From positions 1-64,000 of the forward strand of contig JBLWGC010000043.1 of assembly GCA_048772705.1 (NCBI GenBank): DNA of 64,000 bases, given 5' to 3'. The translations under genes and the position numbers were made by a program. Below, piece after piece: positions 40,828 to 51,694 of the stretch; position 1 is the first letter of the stretch; every line of letters starts with the position of its first letter. The notes under the pieces were generated by a model. It was not told the origin of the DNA, searched no databases, and saw only the letters and a program-made list of their open reading frames with translations. The stretch comes from Leidyana gryllorum EB-2025a. Its lineage: Eukaryota > Protista > Apicomplexa.

Positions 40828-40882
40828 CACAGTTGATCTCGCTTAAGATTGTCTTTTTTGGTGCCCTCTGAAAGTTGCGAGC

Positions 40883-40955
40883 TACAGCCACCGGGGATCG
40901 AACTCGGGACCTTCTGCGTGTTAAGCAGACGTCGTAACCACTAGACCATGGCTGC
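40883..40955 (-). tRNA. tRNA-Val(AAC)
   Basis: Full cloverleaf. Confidence 0.87.
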
Positions 40956-41399
40956 ACGAAAGCTTTGCGGGAACCAAGAGAAGTTGCGAAGTTTCAAGAA
41001 GTAGAACTAGTTGCGAGGTCGCGCCGGGAATCGAACCCAGCTCGGGAGATCCAAAGCTTCCAGTGCTAACCATTCACGACAAGAATTAAAAGAGTGTATG
41101 AAGTCATTGGGATTGGAAGTGAATGCGTTCAGAGCTGGTACCCACCCGATCGTTGGCGTGGCAGGCGGAAATATAACTTTGATACCATGTCGGAGGCACG
41201 CCCCAACCTCAGAGCCCAGCTTTTCCATTCTCTAGCTTCAACAGACAGGGAACGCTTGGAGTAGCGGGACAGGAACCGAGCTGATAAGATGGCTGAGGGG
41301 TCCAAGGCGCTGTATGCAAGTCGCAGTTCGAAAGGGCGTGGGTCCAAATCCCACTCTTGTCAGGTTGAGCCTGACACGGGAAAAACAAAAGAGTCTGAT

Positions 41400-41470
41400 T
41401 GAGCCCATAGTGATTCGAAAACCCAACCTTCTGATCTGGAGTCAGACGCGGTACGTTGGCCATAGACCCA
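41400..41470 (-). pseudogene. tRNA-Trp(CCA) degenerate
   Basis: Anticodon arm intact, D and T arms damaged. Confidence 0.65.
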
Positions 41471-41524
41471 AAACCATCCCCCGCTCCAGACTCATTACTT
41501 GGTGGTCAGGAATGGAGGTGTTAC

Positions 41525-41595
41525 GCATCTGTGGTCTAGTGGTAGAATGTCTCGTTGCCATCGAGACGACCCGGGTTCGATTCCCGGCAGATGCA
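41525..41595 (+). tRNA. tRNA-Gly(GCC)
   Basis: Consensus. Confidence 0.92.
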
Positions 41596-41664
41596 GAGGA
41601 CACATTGTTGTTTTTTCCAGAAGTTCATGTGTCAGTTGGTGTTTACCTCTCCAACCACATCGCA

Positions 41665-41747
41665 CGACAACTGCTGGATTTGAACCAGCGCGGGCCAGGC
41701 CCAGTAGATTTCTAGGGGTACCCCCTTAACCACTCGGGCAAGTTGCC
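41665..41747 (-). pseudogene. tRNA-Ser(AGA) with disrupted anticodon stem
   Basis: ctaggggtac instead of ctagtctac. Confidence 0.7.
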
Positions 41748-42039
41748 GCTGTCGAACTTGGCATTTTGCAGCCAGTGGCTTCGCATACGGTTCAGCACTG
41801 CTCGCGCCGGCACGAACCCGCCGTTCTCCCATCAAACGTCTTGCGCGCCACCGACGGAGTTGGGGCGGCAAGGAAGCTCGCCCTGTACCTGGGGAAGGCC
41901 CAAGATCCCATGATCAATACAAATGGAATTGGTTACTAAGTCCGAATCTGTATCAGAGATCCACTCACTTGACCAAGCCGACATTCCATATTTTCCAAGA
42001 CGGTACGGCTCTCGGTCGAAGCCCCAACTCAACCACTCG

Positions 42040-42112
42040 TCCACTGTAGTCTAAGTGGCTAGGATATGCGGCTTTCACCCGCACGATCCGGGTTCAAGTC
42101 CCGGCAGTGGAA
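42040..42112 (+). tRNA. tRNA-Glu(TTC)
   Basis: Consensus. Confidence 0.92.
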
Positions 42113-42172
42113 ATCCAGCAGAGTGTGCTTGTAGGCAACGGTTCCACTCCTACTCCCAGAGACATTGATTTG

Positions 42173-42245
42173 CACCGCCCGCGGGGCTCAAACCCGCGAC
42201 TGCAAGATTAAAAGTCTTGCGCTCTACTGACGGAGTTGGGGCGGC
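42173..42245 (-). pseudogene. Chimeric tRNA-Lys(TTT)
   Basis: Decayed Lys-TTT 5' half joined to Lys-CTT 3' half. Confidence 0.75.
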
Positions 42246-42458
42246 AAGGAAGCTCGCCCCGTACCCGAGGAAGGCCCAAGATTCCCACGATTAATACAAA
42301 TGGAATTGGTTACTAAGTCCGAGCATCGTTGCCGCCCCAAGTCCGTCGGTAGAGCGCAAGACTTTTGAGGGGAGACCGCGGGTTCGGGCAGCGCGAGAAC
42401 TCAAGCTTGCTGAACCGTATGTGAAACCATTGGCCGCAAAATGCCGAGTTCGACAGGT

Positions 42459-42540
42459 GGCAACTTGCCCGAGTGGTTGAGGGGGTAGACTAGAAATCTA
42501 CTGGGCCTGGCCCGCGCTGGTTCAAATCCAGCAGTTGTCG
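42459..42540 (+). tRNA. tRNA-Ser(AGA)
   Basis: One D-loop change. Confidence 0.87.
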
Positions 42541-42630
42541 TGTGCTGCGATCATCGGAGTAGGCGGCTGGGTTGCAGTGGCGACGCAGAGGCATCAAGTA
42601 AGTGAATCGGTGCCATCTGTCGTCGGAGGC

Positions 42631-42704
42631 GGTCGCGTAGCTCAGTCGGTTAGAGCGTGAGCCTAATAAGCTCAAGGTCCCCGGTTCGAACCCGGGCGTG
42701 ACCA
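42631..42704 (+). tRNA. tRNA-Ile(AAT)
   Basis: Full cloverleaf. Confidence 0.92.
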
Positions 42705-43315
42705 AGTGGGCCGAATTTTTGTTACTGAATTGCCCCGAACCCGAAGCAGCCCCAACATTCCACCATCAACATGAATTGAATGTGATACCAAGTCGGACCT
42801 CATTTGCCGGCCCAGCGCATTCGGAAGAATGCAATACATTTGATGTAGCAGTCCCTCAGCCATCTTACCAGCTCGGGTCCTGTCCCGCCACTCCAAGCGT
42901 TCCCTGTCTGTCGAAGCTAGAGAATGGAAAGGCTGGGCTCTGAGGTTGGGGGGTCACGCGCCTCCGACATGGTATGAAAGTTATATTTCCGCCGGTCACG
43001 CCAACGACCTGGTGGGTACCAGCTCTGGGAGCGAATCCACTTCAGATGCCCACCTGCGTTTCGAGGCCGGGAATCGAACCCGGGTCTTCCGCGTGACAGG
43101 CGGAAATACTGACCACTATACTATCGCAAACACGCCGGCCTCCAACCCCAAACGTCCTTCCATTTTGAGATTCCAACGATAGAAAACGCGTGGAGCGGCG
43201 AGCCAACAACATTTCGGCAAGATGGCCGAGTGGTCCAAGGGGCTGTGCTCAGACCGCAGTCCGAAAGGGCGAGGATCTGGGATTGAGCCTTCCGAACCCC
43301 GGCGCAGTTGGACGG

Positions 43316-43395
43316 CCGGGGTAGCTCAGTTGGTCGAGCATCCGACTGTAGTGCTGGCATCAGATAGTCGGCGGTTCGATTCCGTCCCACCGGAA
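43316..43395 (+). tRNA. tRNA-Tyr(GTA) with 7-nt intron, variant
   Basis: 2 substitutions. Confidence 0.72.
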
Positions 43396-43650
43396 GTAGA
43401 GGGGTGATCGGCAAACTACTACTCAACCTGATGGACAGCGTTGATAGGCCAACTAGACTACTCCGGCGAGGGTTCCATCTATGTAGCTTGGATGGGCTGG
43501 GAATCGATCCCAGAACCTTTCGTATACTAAGCCACCGTCTCATCATCTGGGCTAGCCTCCCTTTGTGCCCACCTCATGGGATTGAGTAAGACTTCACATA
43601 GTGAGACGAGTCTCTCGACTGTACCCAGCGGGTTGAACCCCCGGCTAGGC

Positions 43651-43722
43651 GGCTGTTTGGTCTAGTGGTATAATCCTTCCTTAGGGTGGAGAGAGTCCTG
43701 AGTTCGATTCCCAGAACAGCCC
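43651..43722 (+). tRNA. tRNA-Pro(AGG) variant
   Basis: Several substitutions. Confidence 0.65.
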
Positions 43723-43846
43723 TCTTGGTCGTCGGTTGACCCGACGGGACGAGGTGCCCTCTGAATCAACACAGCCACCTCGTTAGCCCACTTCGGTAGG
43801 GCTCTCAAAAATCGCATTTCGGCTCCCTCTTCCATGTTGCAAACTA

Positions 43847-43917
43847 AGCAGTGTAGCTCAGTGAAGAGTGTTGGGCTCATAACCCAAAGGTCCGTCGATC
43901 GAAACGACGCACTGCTA
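43847..43917 (+). tRNA. tRNA-iMet(CAT) variant
   Basis: 1-nt D-loop deletion. Confidence 0.72.
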
Positions 43918-43943
43918 AGTGTGCGCAGAAGGGAACAGTTGTA

Positions 43944-44015
43944 AGCCTTCTGCCCGAATCGAACCGGCGACCTTTCGCTTACTAAGCGAATGCTCTGCCC
44001 CTGAGCTAAGAAGGC
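43944..44015 (-). tRNA. tRNA-Thr(AGT)
   Basis: One T-stem mismatch. Confidence 0.8.
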
Positions 44016-44083
44016 AATGCAGGCCGAAGATCACGAATCAGTGACTATTGACGGGGATTACTGGAGCACTTTGCTCCAGTAGC

Positions 44084-44156
44084 TTCCACTGCCGGGACTC
44101 GAACCCGGATCGTGCGGGTGAGAGCCGCATATCCTAACCACTTGGACTACAGTGGA
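44084..44156 (-). tRNA. tRNA-Glu(CTC)
   Basis: As 20433. Confidence 0.9.
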
Positions 44157-44296
44157 CAAGTGCCCGAGTTGAGGCTTTGGACGAGAGCCGTACCGTCTTG
44201 AGATCAGGTGGAGCGTCGGGTCAAGCGACGACGAACGGGCTCGTCGGATACGTGTGTCCAAAGACACACGCCCCTTTCACAGCCCGGAAGCTCCGT

Positions 44297-44369
44297 GCAG
44301 CCATGGTCTAGTGGTCACGACGTCTGCTTCACACGCAGAAGGTCCCGAGTTCGATCCCCGGTGGCTGTA
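44297..44369 (+). tRNA. tRNA-Val(CAC)
   Basis: Full cloverleaf. Confidence 0.87.
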
Positions 44370-44429
44370 GCTCGCAACTTTCAGCGGGAACCAAAGGGGG
44401 AGAATCTTGGACGGAACCAACTAAGTGTG

Positions 44430-44501
44430 CTCCGAGACCGGGAATCGAACCCGGGTCTTCCGCGTGACAGGCGGAAATACTGACCACTATACTATCTCGG
44501 A
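44430..44501 (-). tRNA. tRNA-Asp(GTC)
   Basis: Full cloverleaf. Confidence 0.92.
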
Positions 44502-44678
44502 CGCTAGTAAACACGCCGGCCTCCAACCCCAGAAGTCCTCGCATTTTGAGATTACACGACGGGAACCGGGTGGAACGGCGAGCCAACAACACTTCGGCGA
44601 GATGGCCGAGTGCTGTGTGCAAGTCGCCGTCCGAAAATGCGGGCGGATGATCGCAACCATGTTTAGGCTAATGACTGA

Positions 44679-44750
44679 AGCCTCCTGCCGGAATCGAACC
44701 AGCGACCTTTCGCTTACAAAGCGAATGCTCTGCCCCTAGCCTAAGGAGGC
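44679..44750 (-). tRNA. tRNA-Thr(TGT) variant
   Basis: D-stem changes. Confidence 0.72.
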
Positions 44751-44814
44751 ATTCCCTGTCTCGACCCATATGAGTTTTTGATGCTGCGAATTGCATCATT
44801 TCCACCACATCGCA

Positions 44815-44896
44815 CGAGAACTGCTGGATTTGAACCAGCGCGGGCCAGGCCCAGTAGATTTCGAGTCTACCCCCTTAACCACTCGGGCAAGTTGCC
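44815..44896 (-). tRNA. tRNA-Ser(CGA)
   Basis: One acceptor mismatch. Confidence 0.8.
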
Positions 44897-45005
44897 ACCT
44901 GTCGAACTCGGCATTTTGCGGCCAGTGATGTCACATACGGTTCAGCAAGCTTGACTAGGACCCCAAACCGTTGTGAAAAAGTGCCAGCGAGTAAGAGATG
45001 TCGTC

Positions 45006-45087
45006 GGCAAGGTGGCCGAGTGGTAAAGGCGGCGGCCTGCTAAGCCGTTGGGTTCCACCCGCGTGAGATCGAATCTCACCCTTGTCG
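45006..45087 (+). tRNA. tRNA-Ser(GCT) variant
   Basis: T54A. Confidence 0.78.
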
Positions 45088-45378
45088 GTAGCATTCGGGG
45101 AGAGCGCAACTGGTTGAATGATTGAACTGAGGTTTTTGCCCGAATCGAATCCAACTCTTTACACTGGGGTCTGTATACAAGACCCGTGTTGCATGTGTCC
45201 AGTTGAGGAAGCGCTAGTCCGACTCTTCTGGGATGGGCTGAACCGGTTGCGTCCTTGGTGGTTAGCACTCGACACTTTGGATTTTCCGACCTGGGTTCGA
45301 TCCCGGCGCGACCCTTGAACTGGTCCTCACTACTCCCTGAAGCTTCGCCACTTCTCTTGGGCTGCGGGGACCATCCAC

Positions 45379-45451
45379 GCAGCCATGGTCTAGTGGTTAC
45401 GACGTCTGCTTCACACGCAGAAGGTCCCGAATTCGATCCTCGGTGGCTGTA
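45379..45451 (+). tRNA. tRNA-Val(CAC) variant
   Basis: G53A. Confidence 0.75.
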
Positions 45452-45507
45452 GCTCGCAACTTTCAGCGGGCACCAAAAAAGACAATCTTAAGCGAAACCA
45501 CCTGCGT

Positions 45508-45579
45508 TTCGAGGCCGGGAATCGAACCCGGGTCTTCCGCGTGACAGGCGGAGACACTAACCACTATACTAACTCGGAC
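45508..45579 (-). pseudogene. tRNA-Asp(GTC) degenerate
   Basis: Acceptor mismatches; related copy near 6151. Confidence 0.62.
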
Positions 45580-45666
45580 CCTCTGAACACGCCGGCCTCC
45601 AATCCCAGAAGTCTTTCTTTTTCGGCTCACGGACAAAAAATGCGTGGAGGGACGAACCAACACAGC

Positions 45667-45746
45667 GGCAAGATGGCCGAGTGGTCTAAGGCGCTGTGTT
45701 TAGGCCGCAGTCCGAAAGGGCGTGGGTTCGAATCCCACTCTTGTCA
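45667..45746 (+). tRNA. tRNA-Leu(TAG)
   Basis: Consensus Leu body, loop TTTAGGC. Confidence 0.92.
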
Positions 45747-45806
45747 GCCATTGTATCGGCACTCGGTCAGCCACTGCATCCAATAGGTCTTCCATGTTGT
45801 ACGGAT

Positions 45807-45879
45807 GGGCGGCCAGCTCAGATGGTGCAGCGCTCGCTTTGCATGCGAGAGGTACTGGGATCGATACCCAGGTCGTCCA
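45807..45879 (+). tRNA. tRNA-Ala(TGC) variant
   Basis: U8C, D-arm change. Confidence 0.68.
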
Positions 45880-45968
45880 AACTCCATGCAACTTTGGCTG
45901 CAGAGAAACGGCTGGCGCGTGGTCCAAAAATTTGAATGTTGTTATCTCAATCTAGTCGAAAAGCCGCG

Positions 45969-46041
45969 GCCTACGTGGCGTAATGGATAGCGCGTTGGAC
46001 TTCTAGTCCAAAGGTGGCGAGTTCGAATCTCGCCGTAGGTA
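45969..46041 (+). tRNA. tRNA-Arg(TCT) variant
   Basis: 4 substitutions versus 34167. Confidence 0.8.
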
Positions 46042-46266
46042 GCCAAATGCTCAGCACCTTACTTCGATGATTTGGCTGACTCTAGCTGCCTTCGCTGTGG
46101 AATGTTGCCCACTGTAGTCTGAGTGGCTAGGATATGCGGCCTCACCCGCAAGCTCCGCGCTCAAGTCCGGGAGTGGAAGTCAGTGGTTGAAGTCAGTGGA
46201 ATACTTGAGCAAAGTGCCCAGCAATCTCCGTCAATAGTGTCTGATTCGTGATCTTCGGCTTGCATT

Positions 46267-46338
46267 GCCTTCTTAGCTTAGGGGCAGAGCGTTCGCTTCG
46301 TAATCGAGAAGTCGCCGGTTCGATTCCGGCAGAAGGCT
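46267..46338 (+). tRNA. tRNA-Thr(CGT) variant
   Basis: 31:39 mismatch. Confidence 0.75.
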
Positions 46339-46536
46339 TGACTGCATCGACTGGGCACCTGCAAAGCTTAAGTCTCTCAAGCTCCAATCATCTTAGCCGA
46401 GCCTCGTAGTTCAGCCACCAGAGGGTAAGTCCCTTAGCCACAAAGTCGCAGACTGGAACCTGCCAGTACTTGATGCACCCACTAGCTCAACGCAGATTGC
46501 GGCCGAGTCTCGGGGTGCTGGAGCTCTTTCTCGAGT

Positions 46537-46607
46537 GCACTTGTGGTCCAAGGGTAGGATGCGAGCTTCCCATGCTCGCAGCCCGGGTTCGAGTCCCGGC
46601 AGGTGCA
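46537..46607 (+). tRNA. tRNA-Gly(CCC)
   Basis: Full cloverleaf. Confidence 0.92.
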
Positions 46608-46682
46608 GCCGATCGTACAGGCTTGACCATGGCTGCAACAATATTTTCAACCGGGGCGAAGAGCAATGCACTTTAGACTGCT

Positions 46683-46754
46683 TGTCCGAGCCAGGAATCG
46701 AGCCTGGGTTTGCACGGCCACAACGTGCTGTCCTAACCACTAGACGACTCGGAC
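46683..46754 (-). tRNA. tRNA-His(GTG)
   Basis: As 22154. Confidence 0.88.
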
Positions 46755-46981
46755 AATCTTTGAGCGAGGCTGTAGAGGTAGCGAAGCATCGATCAGGATG
46801 GAATGCGTTGTAAGAAGTCCACTCCTCAACTCCCGGCGGACGGAATTTCCTCGTCGAATAGCTGATGCCACCACTACCATCAGATGGGTTGCCATCTAAG
46901 CACCCCGGGCCGTGAGAAAAGCCTTTCTTCTCGAGACTTCACGAACAGAAAACGTGTAAAGTGGCGAGCCAAGAACACTCC

Positions 46982-47061
46982 GGCAAGATGGCCGAGTGGT
47001 CCAAGGCGCTGTGTTAAGGCCGCAGTCCGAAAGGGCGTGGGTTCGAATCCCACTCTTGTCA
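46982..47061 (+). tRNA. tRNA-Leu(AAG)
   Basis: Full cloverleaf. Confidence 0.92.
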
Positions 47062-47121
47062 GCCGTTTTATCGGCCCTCGGTCAGCCACTGGATGCAATA
47101 GGTCTTCCATGTAGAGCGCAT

Positions 47122-47194
47122 GGGCGGCTAGCTCAGATGGTAGTGCGCTCGCTTCGCATGCGAGAGGTACTGGGATCGATACCCAGGTCGTCCA
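47122..47194 (+). tRNA. tRNA-Ala(CGC)
   Basis: One D-stem mismatch. Confidence 0.82.
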
Positions 47195-47309
47195 AAGTAC
47201 ATACGGCTGCACGTGGCGGGATCCAAACAAACTTACATCTTTGAAGAGTCGCAGACCACAAGTGCCATTGGGAGAGCAGCGCAGTCAGTGTTTAGTGTGC
47301 CTCTGAAAC

Positions 47310-47382
47310 CGGTCCTGGCGGGTTTCGAACCTGCGACTTTGTGGTTAACAGCCACACGCTCTGCCGACTGAGCTGCAAGGCC
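47310..47382 (-). tRNA. tRNA-Asn(GTT) variant
   Basis: U8C and 2 others. Confidence 0.68.
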
Positions 47383-47497
47383 CAGCTACAATGGTTCACA
47401 GGTTATTATAGACATCCTCCTTTTTGTACCGCAGGATTGCAACCACGTCTTGTCAAGAGGGTACGGCTCTCGGCTAAAGCTGCGGCTGAGGGAGTTG

Positions 47498-47570
47498 TCC
47501 ACTGTAGTCTAAGTGGCTAGGATATGCGGCTCTCACCCGCACGATCCGGGTTCAAGTCCCGGCAGTGGAA
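47498..47570 (+). tRNA. tRNA-Glu(CTC)
   Basis: Consensus. Confidence 0.92.
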
Positions 47571-47646
47571 GTCATTGAAGTACTCGAGCAAAGTGCTCCA
47601 CTAATCTCCGTCAGTAGCCATCGCTTCGTTATCTCCGACTTACATT

Positions 47647-47710
47647 GCCTTCTAAGCTTAGGGGCAGAGCGTTCGCTTCGTAAGCGCCGGCTCGATTCCG
47701 GCAGAAGGCT
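47647..47710 (+). pseudogene. tRNA-Thr(CGT) with internal deletion
   Basis: About 8 nt missing around variable region. Confidence 0.68.
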
Positions 47711-47759
47711 TTGCTCACGACCCAGTCAATTCTGTAACTGTTTCCCTCCTGCGCACACT

Positions 47760-47831
47760 TAGCAGTGCGTCGTTTCGATCGACGGACCTTTGGGTTATGA
47801 GCCCAACACTCTTCCACTGAGCTACACTGCT
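47760..47831 (-). tRNA. tRNA-iMet(CAT)
   Basis: Consensus. Confidence 0.93.
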
Positions 47832-47965
47832 CAGTCTGCACCATGGAAGAGGGAGCCGAAATGCGATTTTTGAGATGTAAATTGCCTTGAGTGCCGAAGT
47901 GGTAACGAGGTGGCTGTGTTACTTCTAAAACCTGCTTATCCCATCGGGTCAACCGACATTTAAGA

Positions 47966-48037
47966 GGGCTGTTCTGGGAATCGAACCCAGGACTCCTTCC
48001 ACCCTAAGGAAGGATCATACCACTAGACCAAACAGCC
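47966..48037 (-). tRNA. tRNA-Pro(AGG)
   Basis: Full cloverleaf. Confidence 0.92.
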
Positions 48038-48277
48038 GCCTAGCCGGTGGTTCAACCCGCTGGGTACAGTCGAGAGACTCGTCTCACTATGTGGAGTATC
48101 ACTCAATGCCATGAGGTAGGCACAGAGGGAGGCTAGCCCAGATGATGAAACGGTGCTTGGTATACGAAAGGTTCCGGGATCGATTCTCAGCCCATCCGAA
48201 CTACATAGATGGAACCCTCGCCAGAGTAGTGCCAAAACCATCAGGTTGAGTAGTACTTTGCCAATCACCATTCTACT

Positions 48278-48357
48278 TCCGGTGGGACGGAATCGAACCG
48301 CCGACTATCTGATGCCAGCACTACAGTCAGATGCTCTACCAACTGAGCTACCCCCGG
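48278..48357 (-). tRNA. tRNA-Tyr(GTA) with 7-nt intron
   Basis: Matches 3717. Confidence 0.9.
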
Positions 48358-48558
48358 CCGTCAAACTGCTCCGCGGTTCGAAAGGCTCAACCCCAGATCC
48401 TCGCCCTGTCGCACCTCGCACTGCGGTCTGAGCACAGCGCCTTAGACAAATCTGCCATCTTGCCGGGATGTTGTTGGCTCGCCGCTCCACGCGTTTTCTG
48501 TGCTTGGAATCTCATAATGGAAGAACTTTTGGGGTTGGAGGCGGCGTGTTTACTAGCG

Positions 48559-48634
48559 TCCGAGATAGTATAGTGGTTGGTCAGTATTTCCGCCTGTCAC
48601 GCGGAAGACCCGGGTTCGATTCCCGGTCTCGGAG
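48559..48634 (+). tRNA. tRNA-Asp(GTC) with 4-nt D-loop duplication
   Basis: tggttggtc. Confidence 0.68.
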
Positions 48635-49080
48635 CAGTTCCAGCCCTCACAACTGGTGCAACTCAGATTTTGTCTGGTCTGGACTTCATTCGGGATTGTA
48701 CGAGTGGGAGCCGCGTATAGTAGCCGACCTTGGAGAGACGTGGCATTGAACCCAGGACTTCTTCCAGCCGAAGAAAGAATCATATAACTAGACCAAACAG
48801 CCCCCTGTGGGTGCCTCAGGTACTGGCAGGTTCCAAAACTGCGGCTTCGTGGCTGAGAGACTTACCTCTGATGGCTGAGCTACGATTATTGGAGTTTGCG
48901 AGCAGCTTGCCGGTGCCCAGTCGATGCAGTCGAGCCTTCAGCCGGAATCGAACCGGCGACTTCTCGTTTACGGAGCGAACGCTCTGCCCCTAAACTAAGA
49001 AGGCAATGAAAGCCGGAGATGACGAAACTATCGCTATTGCCGGAGACTAGTGGAGCACTTTGCTAGAGTAGTTCAATAAC

Positions 49081-49152
49081 TTCCACTGCCGGGACTTGAA
49101 CCCGGATGTGCGGGTGAAAGCCGCATATCCTAGCCACTTAGACTACAATGGA
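49081..49152 (-). tRNA. tRNA-Glu(TTC) variant
   Basis: 1-nt deletion. Confidence 0.68.
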
Positions 49153-49322
49153 CGAGTGGTTGAGTTGGGGCTTCGGCCGAGAGCCGTACCGTCTTGGAAA
49201 ACATGGTATGTCGGCGTGATCAAGTGAGTGGATATCTGATACAGATTCGGACTCAGTAACCAATTCCATTTGTATTAATCGTGGAATCTTGGGCCTTCCT
49301 CGGGTACGGGGCGAGCTTCCTT

Positions 49323-49395
49323 GCCGCCCCAACTCCGTCAGTAGAGCGCAAGACTTTTAATCTTGCAGTCGCGGGTTTGAGCCCCGCGGGCGGTG
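49323..49395 (+). pseudogene. Chimeric tRNA-Lys(TTT)
   Basis: Inverted twin of 42173. Confidence 0.75.
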
Positions 49396-49455
49396 CAAAT
49401 CAATGTCTCTGGGAGTAGGAGTGGAACCGTTGCCTACAAGCACACTCTGCTGGAT

Positions 49456-49528
49456 TTCCACTGCCGGGACTTGAACCCGGATCGTGCGGGTGAGAGCCGC
49501 ATATCCTAGCCACTTAGACTACAGTGGA
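49456..49528 (-). tRNA. tRNA-Glu(CTC)
   Basis: Consensus. Confidence 0.92.
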
Positions 49529-49624
49529 CAAGTCGCCGAGCCGCAGCTTTGACCGAGAGCCGTACCCTCTTCGAAACACCTCATAGTATGTCAGGGCCCC
49601 TAAACGCTAGCGGGTCTGCGCAAC

Positions 49625-49697
49625 GGGCGGCTAGCTCAAATGGTAGAGCGCTCGCTTCGCATGCGAGAGGTACTGGGATCGATACCCAGGTCGTCCA
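49625..49697 (+). tRNA. tRNA-Ala(CGC)
   Basis: Consensus. Confidence 0.92.
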
Positions 49698-49840
49698 AAC
49701 TTCGTACGGGTGCACCCACCGTATTAAAATACTCGAAGTTACGACTTTTGAAGGGCCCAAGACCATATCACGCAGCGTGCTTGTCATGCGCGAGAGCCGT
49801 ATACGTAGCCACTGTCTGCGGCATACCGAGTTCGGCAGTT

Positions 49841-49922
49841 GGCAACTTGCCCGAGTGGTTAAGGGGGTAGACTCGAAATCTACTGGGCGTGGCCCGCGCT
49901 GGTTCAAATCCAGCAGTTGTCG
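49841..49922 (+). tRNA. tRNA-Ser(CGA)
   Basis: Full cloverleaf. Confidence 0.88.
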
Positions 49923-49986
49923 TGCGATGTGGTGGAAATGATGCAATTCCCAGCATCAAAAACTCATATGGGTCGAGACAGGGAAT

Positions 49987-50058
49987 GCCTCCTTAGCTTA
50001 GGGGCAGAGCATTCGCTTTGTAAGCGAAAGGTCGCTGGTTCGATTCCGGCAGGAGGCT
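49987..50058 (+). tRNA. tRNA-Thr(TGT)
   Basis: Copy of 9297. Confidence 0.9.
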
Positions 50059-50220
50059 TCAGTCATTAGCCTAAACATGGTTGCGATCATCCGCCCGCAT
50101 TTTCGGACGGCGGCTTGCACACAGCACTCGGCCATCTTGCCGAAGTGTTACCCGTTTCCTGTCCGTGAAATCTCAAAATGCGAGGACTTCTGGGGTTGGA
50201 GGCCGGCATCTTTACTAGCG

Positions 50221-50292
50221 TCCGAGATAGTATAGTGGTCAGTATTTCCGCCTGTCACGCGGAATACCCGGGTTCGATTCCCGGTGTCGGAG
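50221..50292 (+). tRNA. tRNA-Asp(GTC) variant
   Basis: Copy of 9531. Confidence 0.78.
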
Positions 50293-50556
50293 ATAGATCG
50301 TCTTCCGCTCTAGATTTCGTGATGCTCACCTGAACGATGCGTGTTACAGCCACCGAGGATGGAACTCGGGACCTTCTGCGTATTAAACAGACGTCGTGAC
50401 CACTAGATGGCTGCACGGAGCTTCCGGACTGCGAAAGGGGCGTGTGTCTCTGGAACCACGTATGCGATGAGCCTGGTTTTTATGTATCGGCCTAAGTTGG
50501 ACGGCCTGGACTAGTTTTAAGACCCTTCGATTTGTATTCAGGAATGGAGATGTTAC

Positions 50557-50627
50557 GCATCTGTGGTTTAGTGGTAGACTGTGTCGTTGCCACCGAGACG
50601 ACCCAGGTTCGATTCCCGGCAGATGCA
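50557..50627 (+). tRNA. tRNA-Gly(GCC) variant
   Basis: Copy of 9867. Confidence 0.65.
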
Positions 50628-50709
50628 GAAAAGATGGCAGATGGCTGATTGAGGCACCATTCTGGGGTTTCACGAGTGAGTTATTGTCTGCCCCTCCAAT
50701 CAGATCGCA

Positions 50710-50791
50710 CGACAACTGCTGGATTTGAACCAGCGCGGGCCAGGCCCAGTAGATTTCAAGTCTACCCCCTTAACCACTCGGGCAAGTTGCC
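50710..50791 (-). tRNA. tRNA-Ser(TGA)
   Basis: Copy of 10020. Confidence 0.92.
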
Positions 50792-50968
50792 AACTGTCGA
50801 ATTCGACATGCCGCGAGGAGTGACCAAATGCCCCCATGTTCAGCCTGCCAAGTCACCGCTCTACCACTTGAGATAGCCGCCCACCCACCAAACCTAGGTG
50901 AACTTCCAATCTGAGACCGACTCACAGTTCTCTGGCGCCTCATTCGTCAGTGCAACTGTTGTGACTCG

Positions 50969-51041
50969 TCCACTGTAGTCTAAGTGGCTAGGATATGCGG
51001 CTCTCACCCGCACGATCCGGGTTCAAGTCCCTGCAGTGGAA
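50969..51041 (+). tRNA. tRNA-Glu(CTC)
   Basis: Copy of 10279. Confidence 0.82.
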
Positions 51042-51105
51042 ATCCAGCTGAGTGTCCTTGTAGGCAACATTTCTATTCTTACTCCCAGGGAAATAAATAG
51101 ATGCA

Positions 51106-51178
51106 CACCGCCCGCGGGGCTCGAACCCGCGACTGCAAGATTAAGAGTCTTGCGCTCTACCGACTGAGCTAGGGCGGC
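51106..51178 (-). tRNA. tRNA-Lys(CTT)
   Basis: Consensus. Confidence 0.92.
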
Positions 51179-51448
51179 AGGAATGCAAGGACACAAAACC
51201 CGATAGCCCGACATCTTAAGTGGCTTTGGTACCCACCAGCCTCAATTGAAGATTGTCCGGGTCGTCTAGGTGCTTACAACAGCAAGTTGTGGCCGTGCAT
51301 ACCCAGGCCCGAATCCTGGCTTGGATAGTATGTCCCCGATGTCTCGAATGGGAGATGTGGGTGAAGTCTGTCCACACCCACCATCGGGCGTAGCTGCCCA
51401 TGTCCTGTCTTGATCGCTACACACTCCCATTTGACGGCTCCGCTAGTC

Positions 51449-51521
51449 GGCGCTATGGCCTAATGGATATGGCATCGGTCTACGGAACCGGGGATTCTGG
51501 GTTCGAGTCCCAGTAGCGTCT
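51449..51521 (+). tRNA. tRNA-Arg(ACG)
   Basis: Consensus. Confidence 0.92.
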
Positions 51522-51622
51522 GGGCGAATGGCCGGGTTGCAGCCTGTTGAGCCAACAAGTCAGATCCTGTCTTAGCTGTCCGGGATGGGTCGAGTGCCCT
51601 GTTGAGTCAACAACTGACAGAC

Positions 51623-51694
51623 GGGCTATTCTGGGAATCGAACCCAGGACTTCTTCCACCCAAAGGAAGAATCATACCACTAGACCAAACAGCC
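51623..51694 (-). tRNA. tRNA-Pro(TGG)
   Basis: One acceptor wobble. Confidence 0.85.
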
